Shown: positions 1 through 9,117 of the stretch, one piece after another
Position numbering within the stretch: position 1 is the first letter of the stretch
Layout of the letters: every line of letters begins with the position of its first letter
Source of the DNA: an uncultured delta proteobacterium
Lineage (GTDB): Bacteria > Myxococcota > Kuafuiibacteriia > Kuafuiibacteriales > Kuafuiibacteriaceae
DNA length: 64,000 nt
Direction of reading: 5' to 3'
NCBI GenBank assembly: GCA_963803435.1
Contig: CAWDML010000003.1
Coordinates: forward strand, 64,001-128,000
Program-made: the position numbers and the translations under genes
The notes under the pieces: generated by a model
Told to the model about the DNA's origin: nothing
Databases searched by the model: none
What the model saw: only the letters and a program-made list of their open reading frames with translations

Positions 1-1
1 G

Positions 2-2947
2 GCGGCGTCGGCTCGGCACCAGCTCCGCTACCCCGACGAGGCCGGCGCTCCGCTCGTCGCCGTGGCCAACGGTTTGCTCGAGCGACGCGAGGCCGATCGG
101 TGGAGCGCCGCCGAGGTCCTCGACACCCTGGGCGCGCAGCACCCGCCCTCCGCGCACGCGAAGCGCGCAGGGGACGGAGCGAGCGGAGACCGGTGCGACG
201 GCTTTGCTCGAGCGGGCCCCGTCAAGCCGGCGCTGATCGGACGCCGGAGCGAGCTCACCAAGCTCCGCGCTGCGCTCGCGGGTGCGTCCGACGGGGCACG
301 GATCGTTCGGATCTCGGGGGCGAGCGGCATCGGGAAGTCGTGTCTCCTCGAGGAGTTCCTCACCGGCGCCAAGGGTCCCGACCGGCTGCCGTTGATCCTG
401 GCCAGCCGCTGTTTCGAGCGCGAGTCCGTCCCCTACAAGGCGCTCGACGGCGCGCTGGACGCGTTGGCGCGTGACCAGGTCACCTCGCCGAACCCCGTGC
501 TCTCGGCGTTGACACAGGCTGACGGCGCGCTCCTGAAGCGGATGTTCCCCGCCTTCGGTCGGGTCGCGGTCTTACCGGACGGCGACGCGGGCACCCTCGA
601 TCGCCGGCGCGCGTTCCTGAGCCTCAGGCGGATCGTCAGCGCGATCGCCGCCGAGCGACCGGTCATTCTCTCGGTGGACGATGCGCAGTGGGGGGATCGG
701 GACAGCGCCCGCTGCTTGATCGAGCTCCTCGCCGACCCTGTGCCTGCCAACCTGCTGATCGTGTTGGCCCACCGCGACGGGGGTGACCGAGGAGAGTTTC
801 TCGCGGAGCTGCTCGAAGGTCTCCCGAGAGGGATTGATTCGAGCGAGCTCAGCCTGTCACCGCTCGACTCCAGCGACGCGGCCTCGATCGCGCTCGCCAT
901 CCTCGGCGCTGATCGCCGTGAGGTCGCCGAGCGCATCGGGAAGGCGTCGGCCGGCCTCCCCTTCGTGGCGGAGGCGCTCGCCCGGACGGTCCACGCGGGA
1001 CGCGACGACGGCCAGGCGCCGAACATCTCCGAGCTGGTGTCTATCGAGCGGGCGCGGCTCGCACCGGAGCAGCGGACGCTCCTCGACCTGCTCGCGGTGG
1101 CCGACGCCCCGCTCGAGCATCGCGTGGTGCTCGCTGCCGCAGGACTCGATCAGGATCGGACCGAGCTGGAGCGGATGGTGGGGCGAGGGCTGGTCCGCAT
1201 CAACGGACCGCGGCGACGCGACAGCGTCGAGCTCTACCACGACGCGCTCCGCGGCCCGCTCCTCTCGGATCTCTCACTCGAGGCGCGGCGCGCACTCCAT
1301 CGCGCCCTCGCGGTCGAGCTCGAGCGGTCCACTCGAGCCGACGCCTACCGGATCGCACGCCACTACCGCGAGGGGGGCGATCTCTGCGCCGCGCTGCGCT
1401 TCTCGCTGGAGGCGGCCCGCCGCGCGGAGCGAGCGCTGGCGTTCGACCGCGCCGCCGAGAGCTACGCGTTCGCGCTCTCGTGCCGGCTGGGCGCGGAGGA
1501 GGAGGCGAGCATCGCCACGCTGATGGCGGGCGCGCTGGCGAGCGCAGGAAGGCTTGCCGAAGCGGCTCCGCTCTACCGGTCGGCCGCGGAGCATCTCCCC
1601 GAACGTTCGCTGGAGCTGAGGCGGATGGCGGCCGAGCACTATCTGGCCTCGGGCATGGTCGACGACGGCCTCGCGGTGCTGCAGACGGTCCTCCAGGAGG
1701 CGGGGCTCACTCTTCCATCGCCGGCGAAGGCGACCCGCTCGATCTTGCGCTTGCTGCCGCGCGTGATCCTCCGCGGTCTGTTCTGGAGACCGGGCCGCGA
1801 CGTGCGTGACGGAGGGACTCGCACCACCGAGATCTGCTTCTCTGCCGGCAAGGGGCTCAGCCCGTTCGATCCTCTGGTGGCCAGCACCTTCATGCTGGAG
1901 GCCACCCTGCGCGCCATGACCGAGCGCGACTCCGGGCGAGCGGTCCAGGGGATCGCGTATACGGGCATCCTGCTCAGCTACGGGCCGGGGACGCTCACCC
2001 GCTCGATCGCGCGCGCTCTGATCGACCGCGCCCATCGGCTCGCGCACGAGATTGATGATCCCACCACCGTCGGCTTCGCGCTCGGCGCGAAGGGCGTCGC
2101 CCTGGTGGCCGCCGAAGACTGGCGAGGCGGGCTCCGGTGCCTGGAGGAGAGCCACGAGCTCCTGGGGGCCGAGACGGTCGGGACCAAGTGGGAGCGGACC
2201 GCCGCCGCGACCACCGCGCTCCTGGCGTTGATGTCGCTCGGCGATCTCTCGGTGCTGGGCCGCCGGATCGGTGCGCTCCTCCGGGCGGCGCGCGATGAGG
2301 GTGACGTGTTCACGATGGTCGAGGCGCTGCTCTACGCCAGCATCGTCGCGCTCGCCGAGGGCGAGGTCGCGGCGTCGCGGCAGCGGATCGACGAGGCCAT
2401 GGCCAGCTTCACCTCCACCGGCTTCCTGTTCCAGCACTGGGCTGCGCTGAGAAATCGCACGATGGTGTCGCTGTACGAGGGCTCGACCGACCTCGCGCGC
2501 GAGCGGATCTGCAAGGGCATCGAGGAGGCGAAGCGCGCCGGGTTGCTCAGCGTGCAGATCATTCGGATCGAGGCGCTCTGGCTGTCGGGGGCCATCGATC
2601 TGCTCGAGTCGGGGGCCGCCTCCGAGCGCACGCTCTCGCGGCTCAGAAGAGAACACAGCCTCTGGGCCCGCGGGCTCGAGAGGTTGCTGTCGGCGGGCAC
2701 CATCCGGCGTTCGAACCTGGCGCGGGCCCAGCGTCTCCTTCGTGAGGCGGTGGAGGCGTTCCGCTGCGCCGACATGGGGCTCTTCGCGGCCTGCGCCGAG
2801 CTCGCGCTCGCCGAGCTCTCCGGCGAGACCGAGCGGGCCGAGCGGGTCGCGGGACGCCTACGGGCCCTCGGCATTCACGACCCGCGCCGCTGGATGAGGA
2901 TCTACGCGCCCGGATTCGCTCTGGACCGAGAGGCTGCCGATGGATGA
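2..2947 (+). CDS. Ser/Thr kinase-AAA ATPase (STAND-like)-TPR-like protein, 5'-truncated by the window edge
   Basis: Frame is open from position 2. Kinase C-terminal-like LL..R.SAAEVL, Walker A GASGIGKS, Walker B ILSVDDAQWGD, long helical C-terminus. Confidence 0.8.
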   Translation, partial: AASARHQLRYPDEAGAPLVAVANGLLERREADRWSAAEVLDTLGAQHPPSAHAKRAGDGASGDRCDGFARAGPVKPALIGRRSELTKLRAALAGASDGARIVRISGASGIGKSCLLEEFLTGAKGPDRLPLILASRCFERESVPYKALDGALDALARDQVTSPNPVLSALTQADGALLKRMFPAFGRVAVLPDGDAGTLDRRRAFLSLRRIVSAIAAERPVILSVDDAQWGDRDSARCLIELLADPVPANLLIVLAHRDGGDRGEFLAELLEGLPRGIDSSELSLSPLDSSDAASIALAILGADRREVAERIGKASAGLPFVAEALARTVHAGRDDGQAPNISELVSIERARLAPEQRTLLDLLAVADAPLEHRVVLAAAGLDQDRTELERMVGRGLVRINGPRRRDSVELYHDALRGPLLSDLSLEARRALHRALAVELERSTRADAYRIARHYREGGDLCAALRFSLEAARRAERALAFDRAAESYAFALSCRLGAEEEASIATLMAGALASAGRLAEAAPLYRSAAEHLPERSLELRRMAAEHYLASGMVDDGLAVLQTVLQEAGLTLPSPAKATRSILRLLPRVILRGLFWRPGRDVRDGGTRTTEICFSAGKGLSPFDPLVASTFMLEATLRAMTERDSGRAVQGIAYTGILLSYGPGTLTRSIARALIDRAHRLAHEIDDPTTVGFALGAKGVALVAAEDWRGGLRCLEESHELLGAETVGTKWERTAAATTALLALMSLGDLSVLGRRIGALLRAARDEGDVFTMVEALLYASIVALAEGEVAASRQRIDEAMASFTSTGFLFQHWAALRNRTMVSLYEGSTDLARERICKGIEEAKRAGLLSVQIIRIEALWLSGAIDLLESGAASERTLSRLRREHSLWARGLERLLSAGTIRRSNLARAQRLLREAVEAFRCADMGLFAACAELALAELSGETERAERVAGRLRALGIHDPRRWMRIYAPGFALDREAADG

Positions 2948-4463
2948 GGTCGAACGACTGACGCGAGAGCGCGACTTTTATCGACGCCTGCTCGACCTCG
3001 CCCATCGCGAGGCGATCGATCCGCTCCTCCAGGAAGCGCTCGATCTCATGGTCGAGATCAGCGGAGCGAGCCGCGGGTACATCGCGATCGACGATCCCGA
3101 GCACTGGGAGGACGAGCATCGGTTCTGGTTGGGGAAGAGCTGCTCCGAGGACGACGTCCGGAACATTCGGGCCGCGATCTCCAGCTCGATCATGACCGAG
3201 GCGATCGCCTGCGGGCAGACGATCCAGTCCCCGTCTGCGATGCTCGACCCGCGCTTCCTCGAGCTGGGGAGCGTACGCGCGAAACGGATCGAAGCGGTCC
3301 TCTGCGCGCCCATCGGCGGACGACAGCCGTTCGGCGTCCTCTACCTCCAGGGACGGGCCGGCTGGGGGCCGTTCTCCTCCGAGGCCGTCGCCTGCGCCGA
3401 GATCTTCGCGCGCCACCTGGCGCCGATCGCAGAGCGGATCCTGGTGCGGCTCCGGGACAAGACGCTCGATCCGACGGCGAAGTATCGGGCGCAGCTGAGG
3501 GTCGAGGGGCTGATCGGCAGCAGCAGCGCGATGGGCGAGCTTCTGCGACAGATCATGTTGATCGCCCCGCTCGAGGTCGACGCGCTCCTGACCGGCGCTT
3601 CGGGCACCGGCAAGTCGGCGGTCGCCCGCGCCATCGCCGAGAACAGCCCCCGGGCCTCGGGCCCGTTCGTGGATCTCAACTGTGCAGCGATTCCCGAGAC
3701 GCTCATGGAGAGCGAGCTCTTCGGCGCGGTCGCCGGCGCGCACTCCACTGCGGCCGGCGCCATCCCGGGTAAGGTGGAGGCGGCGCGCGGCGGCACCCTG
3801 CTCCTCGACGAGGTCGCCGAGCTCTCGCTGGCTGCGCAAGGCAAGCTGCTCCAGCTGCTCCAGTCCCGCGCCTACTACCCGCTCGGCGCCAAGGATCCGC
3901 GAGTAGCCGACGTTCGGATCATCGCCGCGACGAACGTCGACCTGTCGGCCGCGGTGGCAGAGAAGAGGTTCCGCGAGGATCTGCTCTACCGGCTCCAGAT
4001 CCTCCCGATCCGGGTCCCCTCCCTCTCCGAGCGCCAGGACGACATCCCGTCGCTGCTGCGGCACTTCTGCCGGCAGGCGGCCGAGCGCCATCGCTTGCCG
4101 TCCCTCGAGCCCTCGCCCCGCGCGGTGGTCGCTGCCGAAGCGGCCCCTTGGCCCGGAAACATCCGCCAGCTCGAGCACGCCGCGGAGGCCGCGCTCATCC
4201 GAGCGGCCGGCGACGGCGACGGCGCGGTCGAAGCCAAGCACCTCTTCCCCGGAGCGCCTCCGGAGTCGGTGAGCCAGCAGATGACGTTCCAGGAGGCGAC
4301 GCGCGAGTTCCAGAAGAAGTACCTGCGCGACACGCTTCGTCGCAACAACTGGAACATCACGAAGACCTCGAAGGACCTCGATGTGGCCCGCGCCCACGTG
4401 TACAACTTGATCCACGCGTTCGAGCTGGAACGACCGCTCCCGCGGGGGTCTGACCGGATCTGA
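2940..4463 (+). CDS. GAF-AAA+-Fis HTH enhancer-binding-protein-family regulator
   Basis: GASGTGKS, LNCAAIPETLMESELFG, GGTLLLDEV, FREDLLYRL, WPGNIRQL, C-terminal HTH. GAFTGA loop reads GAHSTA. Confidence 0.9.
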   Translation: MDEVERLTRERDFYRRLLDLAHREAIDPLLQEALDLMVEISGASRGYIAIDDPEHWEDEHRFWLGKSCSEDDVRNIRAAISSSIMTEAIACGQTIQSPSAMLDPRFLELGSVRAKRIEAVLCAPIGGRQPFGVLYLQGRAGWGPFSSEAVACAEIFARHLAPIAERILVRLRDKTLDPTAKYRAQLRVEGLIGSSSAMGELLRQIMLIAPLEVDALLTGASGTGKSAVARAIAENSPRASGPFVDLNCAAIPETLMESELFGAVAGAHSTAAGAIPGKVEAARGGTLLLDEVAELSLAAQGKLLQLLQSRAYYPLGAKDPRVADVRIIAATNVDLSAAVAEKRFREDLLYRLQILPIRVPSLSERQDDIPSLLRHFCRQAAERHRLPSLEPSPRAVVAAEAAPWPGNIRQLEHAAEAALIRAAGDGDGAVEAKHLFPGAPPESVSQQMTFQEATREFQKKYLRDTLRRNNWNITKTSKDLDVARAHVYNLIHAFELERPLPRGSDRI

Positions 4464-4559
4464 GAACCGGTCCTAAACCGGAGGGGTGCTCCGTAAACTG
4501 TTCCGTTCGCTATTCCGGTGCGCCGGAACTGGGAATGATTCGGAGGTTTCGGACCGGAT

Positions 4560-5243
4560 CTAAGCTTCGCCCAGAGAGACGCCCCAGCCCTTCGTGGGGA
4601 CCAGGTCTTCCTCGAGCAGCTGCGTGCCCAGGGCGCCGGCGACGATCTCCACCCGCTCGAGCAGGTTGATCGCCGACATCACCTGCTGGCGCTCGTACTC
4701 GTCCTTCAGCGCTGCCGCAGCGATCATGTCCGCAAGCTGTCCTGCATCCTGGAGCTCGGTCAGGCCCTCGAGCGCCTCCGCCTTGTCGGTGTCGAGCGTG
4801 GACAGCAGCCGGGCGGCGAGGGCGCGCAGCGAGGCGACGGCGCTGTCGAGGCGCGCGACGTTGGCGGGGACCACGTCTTCGAGGAGTCGCGCACGCGCGC
4901 GGCGGTAGGTACGCGTCGGAGGGTGCTCGTCGGCGATGTCGACGCGCGCCAGGCCCTCGAGCACGATGTTGTACCGGCCGTCCGGGAGGCGGGCGGAGCG
5001 GCGGAGGACGCCGACGCCGGCCACCGAGAAGACGGGCGGGCGGGCGTAGACGTCGGCCTGGCCGCGCTCGTCGAACATGGCGACGGCCAGGCACCGGTGG
5101 CCTTCGATGCAGTCCTCGAGCATGCGCCGGTAGCGCGGCTCGAAGACGTGCAGGGAGATGAACGTGCCAGGGATCAGCACGGTGCCGGGCAGTGGAAAGA
5201 TCGGGAGCTCCTGGAGGGAGGCGCTGGGCAGTCGCGGGCTCAT
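4560..5243 (-). CDS. Stand-alone Lon N-terminal substrate-binding domain protein
   Basis: LPIFPLPGTVLIPG..LHVFEPRYRRML, DGRYNIVLEG. Confidence 0.9.
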   Translation of the reverse strand: MSPRLPSASLQELPIFPLPGTVLIPGTFISLHVFEPRYRRMLEDCIEGHRCLAVAMFDERGQADVYARPPVFSVAGVGVLRRSARLPDGRYNIVLEGLARVDIADEHPPTRTYRRARARLLEDVVPANVARLDSAVASLRALAARLLSTLDTDKAEALEGLTELQDAGQLADMIAAAALKDEYERQQVMSAINLLERVEIVAGALGTQLLEEDLVPTKGWGVSLGEA

Positions 5244-6652
5244 TCGCGGACTCCGGCGAGCGGGAGGATCTTGCCCGGGTTGAGGATGCCGGCGGGGTCG
5301 AGCGTCCGCTTGAGCGCGCGCTGCAGCTCGATCTTCGCCGGTTCGTGCTCGAGCGCCAGGAAGTCGCGCTTGGTGAGCCCGATGCCGTGCTCACCGGAGA
5401 TGGTGCCTCCGAGCTCGATGGTGGTCCGCATGATCGCTTCGACGGCGGCGTGGGCCCGCGGCGTGGAGTCCTGGTCGAACAGGACGTTGACGTGCAGGTT
5501 GCCATCTCCGGCGTGACCGTACGTGGCGACGCGGACCCGATGGCGGTCCGCGATGCGGGTGACCTGCTCGAGGAGCGTTGGGATCAACGAGCGAGGCACC
5601 ACGATGTCTTCCGAGATCTTCTTCGGCGCGGACTCGGTGAGCGTCATCGAGAGGACGCGCCGCGGCTCCCAGATCCGCTCGCGCTGGGCCTCGTCCTGAG
5701 CGACCAGCACGTCGATCGCGCCGCGATCGAGGCACACCGAGGCGGCCCGCTCGAGGTCCTCGAAGGCCCGCTCCGCGGTGGAGCCGTCGGTCTCGAGGAT
5801 CACCAGCGCACCGGCGTTCTCCGGGAAGCGTCCCGGCGTCTTGGCCCGGACGGCCGCCAGCGCGTGGTGATCGAGGAGCTCGAGGGTGCGCGGCACGATA
5901 CCCGCGGCGAGGACGCTGGTGATCGCGTGCGAGGCGGCGCTCAGGCCGTCAAAGGAGACCAGCGCGGTCTGGACCGCCCCCGGCTGCGGGATCAGGCGCA
6001 GCGTGCACTCGGTGATCACGCCCAGCGTGCCTTCGGAGCCCACGATCAGCGCCGCCAGATCGTAGCCGGTGACGTGCTTGATGGTTCGCTTCCCCACCTG
6101 CATCACCTGGCCGGTCGGCAGCACGACCTCGAGGCTGAGGACGAAGTTCTTGGTCACGCCGTACTTGAGCGCGCGCGGTCCGCCCGCGTTGCACGCGACG
6201 TTGCCGCCGATCGAGCACATGTTGAGGCTGTTCGGGTCGGGCGGATAGAACAGGCCCTCCTGTTCGACGGCGCGCATCAGATCCGCCGTGATGGTCCCGG
6301 GATCCGACACCACCAGCATGTCGGCGCGGTTGACCTCCTTGACGCGGTTCATCCGCTCCATCGAGAGGACGATGCCGCCGAAGATCGGGAGCGCTCCGCC
6401 CGACTTGCCGGAGCCCAGCCCGCGCGGCGTCACCGGGATCCGATGGGCGGTCGCCACGCGCAGCACCGTCACCACGTCCTCGGTCCGCTCGGCGCGCACC
6501 ACCAGGTCGGGCGGGAAGCAGCCCGCGCCGCTGGCGTCCTCGCCGTACCGCTCCAGCAGATCGCTGTCGGCGATCACGCGGTCGTCGCCGAGCTCGGAGG
6601 CGAGCTCCCGGCGCGCGGCATCGAGGGCGGTCGAGCTCAGCGCGCGCTGCAC
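5240..6652 (-). CDS. FAD-linked oxidase, GlcD/D-2-hydroxyacid dehydrogenase family
   Basis: YPPDPNS..CSIGGNVACNAGG, GSEGTLG, GHAGDGNLH, GTISGEHGIG, LNPGKI. Start moved to the GTG at 6652, overlapping the upstream gene. Confidence 0.9.
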   Translation of the reverse strand: MQRALSSTALDAARRELASELGDDRVIADSDLLERYGEDASGAGCFPPDLVVRAERTEDVVTVLRVATAHRIPVTPRGLGSGKSGGALPIFGGIVLSMERMNRVKEVNRADMLVVSDPGTITADLMRAVEQEGLFYPPDPNSLNMCSIGGNVACNAGGPRALKYGVTKNFVLSLEVVLPTGQVMQVGKRTIKHVTGYDLAALIVGSEGTLGVITECTLRLIPQPGAVQTALVSFDGLSAASHAITSVLAAGIVPRTLELLDHHALAAVRAKTPGRFPENAGALVILETDGSTAERAFEDLERAASVCLDRGAIDVLVAQDEAQRERIWEPRRVLSMTLTESAPKKISEDIVVPRSLIPTLLEQVTRIADRHRVRVATYGHAGDGNLHVNVLFDQDSTPRAHAAVEAIMRTTIELGGTISGEHGIGLTKRDFLALEHEPAKIELQRALKRTLDPAGILNPGKILPLAGVRE

Positions 6653-6987
6653 ATCCGTCCTCCCTTCGGCAACTTCACGATCTCCATCCCCGGTCGGACA
6701 GGCGTGCAGCAGGCACGGCCCACCTTCTCCACACCGCCGGCGGAGTCCTTGTAGCGCATTTCGCAACAGCCGGTGGTGTTGTTCCAGCAGTAGTCCCACC
6801 ACGGCATGCGAAGGGCGCGGTGCTTGATCTCGACGTACTGGATCGCGCGGAGGACGAAGTTGTCCTCCGGCACCAGAAAGCGCTGTCCCTCGATCACGAT
6901 GGGGAAGAGATAGCGGTACTCACCGAAGAGCTCGACGTCGTCGTCCGAGTGGGGCCCGTCGTAACGGATCGGATCGAGCCCGGACAC
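6637..6987 (-). CDS. Small 2Fe-2S ferredoxin-like protein (Fer2_4/NuoG N-terminal type)
   Basis: YCWNNTTGCCEM...RACCTPVRPGMEI Cys pattern. Confidence 0.7.
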   Translation of the reverse strand: MSGLDPIRYDGPHSDDDVELFGEYRYLFPIVIEGQRFLVPEDNFVLRAIQYVEIKHRALRMPWWDYCWNNTTGCCEMRYKDSAGGVEKVGRACCTPVRPGMEIVKLPKGGRMCSAR

Positions 6988-7027
6988 CCCCCGACTCTCG
7001 GGGATCCGACCTCAATGAGCAAGGCCG

Positions 7028-7096
7028 CTAGGAGCGTGTAGCGCGTAGCGCTTCCGCGAGCCCGGTCCGGGTCCCGGTCCCGGTCCCGGTCCCGAT
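7028..7096 (+). repeat. Left inverted repeat with (GGTCCC/GGTCCG)n hexamer array
   Basis: ctaggagcgtgtagcgcgtagcgcttccgcgagcccggtccgggtcccggtcccggtcccggtcccgat. Confidence 0.95.
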
Positions 7097-7101
7097 GGCG
7101 A

Positions 7102-7470
7102 TCATGCAGCCCGGCGTGCGTTCATCGACTTGATGAGGCGCGTGAGCAGCTCGACAACGCGCTTGAGCTTGGCTCTGGCGGCTTGGACCTTCTGCTCGTT
7201 GGGGAGTCGGCGCCTCAAGCAGGTGTGGAGTGAGGCGGCGCTTTCGGTGCCAGAGCGAAGTGCCATCCGGTAGAAGCGAGCCTTCTCAGGTGGATTGAAC
7301 TCTTCGGCGCCCTCGGCGGTGTTGTTCACGATGGAATCGGATGCCCGCCGAAGCTGATCGCGGACGTGAGCGTGACCGGGTTGCAGTTCTTGTGCGATCT
7401 CTTCAGCGATGTCGGCATACTCGACGGCGAGCTGGTAGACCTCGAGCTTCTCGTGATCGAAAGTGACCAT
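7102..7470 (-). CDS. Four helix bundle protein (23S rRNA IVP / bAvd-like family)
   Basis: MVTFDHEKLEVYQLA...DQLRRASDSIVNNTAEG...RFYRMALRSGTE. True start is the ATG at 7470. Confidence 0.92.
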   Translation of the reverse strand: MVTFDHEKLEVYQLAVEYADIAEEIAQELQPGHAHVRDQLRRASDSIVNNTAEGAEEFNPPEKARFYRMALRSGTESAASLHTCLRRRLPNEQKVQAARAKLKRVVELLTRLIKSMNARRAA

Positions 7471-7619
7471 GCAAGCTAGCTTGCGGTAGCTCGTCCACTT
7501 TGACCAGCAGAAGTTCTTGGAGGTCGTTTCGTCTGGAATCGATCGTTGGGCGGATCGACTTCGACGCCTGGACTTGATCCCATGGTTTCGTGGCGAAGCA
7601 ATACCGTTCTTGGACTCCG

Positions 7620-8139
7620 AGACAATGCCCAAGTTGTCGTAGATGAGCACGCTCAGGTGATTGTCGCCGAAGGGGTCAGCAACCAGGCACCTGATCAGCA
7701 ACACCTCGTCCCGATGCTCCGTGATGTGTTCGGCAACTGCGGCGATGCTCCGCGGAAGATGACGGCAGACAACGGCTATCTGAGCGCGACCAACATCGAA
7801 TTCTGCGACAACAATCAGATCGATGCCCACATCGCTGTTGGACGCGAACAGAACCAAGACGCGTCGACTCCGTCCTCATCAGCTTCGGAGCCCACACCTG
7901 CCTCGCTCGCTCGCAAGCGAATGCGAGACAAGTTGCAAACGCGCGACGGCAAGGCGGTCTACGCCCGCAGGAAGAGTATCGTCGAACCGGCGCTCGGACA
8001 GATCAAAGGCGCACGAGGATTCCGCCGGTTCTCGCTCCGCTCCTTCTTCAAGGTACGAGCCGAGTGGACGCTCGTCTGCCTCACCCACAACCTGCTCAAG
8101 CTCTACCGATCGAAGCTCGCGACCGTCGCGAGCGTCTGA
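7620..8139 (+). pseudogene. IS1182-family transposase, C-terminal fragment only
   Basis: NAQVVVD..QVIVA, TADNGY, YARRKSIVEPALGQIK..RGFRRFSLR..KVRAEWTLVCLTHNLLKL. The N-terminal half is missing. Confidence 0.85.
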
Positions 8140-8160
8140 CTCAAGGCAGCCATCTTCAGA

Positions 8161-8230
8161 ATCGGGACCCGGACCGGGACCGGGACCCGGACCGGGGTCG
8201 CGTGAGCGCTTACGCGCTACACGCTCCTAG
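8161..8230 (-). repeat. Right inverted repeat with hexamer array
   Basis: atcgggacccggaccgggaccgggacccggaccggggtcgcgtgagcgcttacgcgctacacgctcctag. Confidence 0.95.
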
Positions 8231-9117
8231 TCGTCGTCCGCCCAGGTTCGCTCGCGCTCCTCGCGGTCGTACATGGTCACGGACTCCATGGCGCGCAGGT
8301 ACGTCGGAAAGACCTTGTCGGCGAGGTGCTCCATCGGCTTGCCGCCGCCGATCTTGAACTTCTCCTTCTGGCCCTTCTGACCCATGCCTTCGAAGCGCGA
8401 GAGGGACTTGTTGAGGAGCTCGGCGCCCTTGAGGTTCTCGTGCACCGCGAGCCGCGTGATCGCGCCCTTTGCGTCCATCGCCACGCCAATCTCTCCCTTG
8501 AAGCCGCCGCCGTCCTCGAAGGGGAGGAAGACGACGTATCCCGACTTCTTCTTCTTATCGAGCTGGTCGAGCTTGATCGGATCCTGCGGCACGTAGGCGA
8601 GGTTGCCCTCCTCGCCGTCGAAGTCGAAGAAGGTGAAGACCGCGCTCTTTTTGTCGCTTCCCTGAAGCGACAGGCCGGAGGCGTCCTTGATCCGCTCGAG
8701 GCCGAACTTGTCGATCTCGTACTCCTTGCTGATGTACCGCGCGGCCTTGGGGAAGAACTCGTCGAGCGTCATGTGGAGCGTGCGCACGTAGGCGACGACG
8801 TCCCAGATGTCGAGGTCGTGGAGCTTGTTGCCGAAGGCGTGGTCCTTGGGCTTCTTCAGCCCCTCGCCCTTCTCGAGCTCCGAGAAGAGCTGATCGTTGC
8901 GGATCAAGTTCATGCGTCCCGAGTCGGTGAGGGCGATGCCCGTGCGGCCCCCGGCGCCCGCCTCGCCGTGGCACGCGGCGCACTCCTTCGAGTACAGCTT
9001 CTTCCCGTTGATCGCGTCGCCCACCATCACGGTGTCGCGAGCCTCGGCTCGGGCGGCGGTGAGCATCGCGAGCGCGAGTCCAATCGACGTGGTCATTCGC
9101 ATCATCTTCAGCCTCAT
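8227..9117 (-). CDS. Exported monoheme cytochrome c with an extra C-terminal domain
   Basis: Signal peptide, GKKLYSKECAACHG, IWDVVAYVRTL. Confidence 0.85.
   Translation of the reverse strand: MRLKMMRMTTSIGLALAMLTAARAEARDTVMVGDAINGKKLYSKECAACHGEAGAGGRTGIALTDSGRMNLIRNDQLFSELEKGEGLKKPKDHAFGNKLHDLDIWDVVAYVRTLHMTLDEFFPKAARYISKEYEIDKFGLERIKDASGLSLQGSDKKSAVFTFFDFDGEEGNLAYVPQDPIKLDQLDKKKKSGYVVFLPFEDGGGFKGEIGVAMDAKGAITRLAVHENLKGAELLNKSLSRFEGMGQKGQKEKFKIGGGKPMEHLADKVFPTYLRAMESVTMYDREERERTWADDD

Larger units (their letters stand above)
7028..8230. mobile_element. Non-autonomous IS1182-derived element with long terminal inverted repeats and four-helix-bundle cargo
   Basis: 7028-7096 and 8161-8230 are inverted repeats (65/70 aligned by hand). 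Both end in CTAG. The interior is visibly less GC-rich and holds a transposase C-terminal fragment. Confidence 0.8.

Noticed and set aside
7061-7096. CRISPR array
   Set aside because: Contiguous hexamers without spacers; no cas genes.
7102-7470. Diversity-generating retroelement (Avd-like gene)
   Set aside because: No reverse transcriptase and no TR/VR pair with A-specific mismatches seen in the window.
7471-7857. N-terminal extension of the four-helix-bundle ORF
   Set aside because: Largely antisense to the transposase fragment; family similarity starts at MVTFDHEKL.
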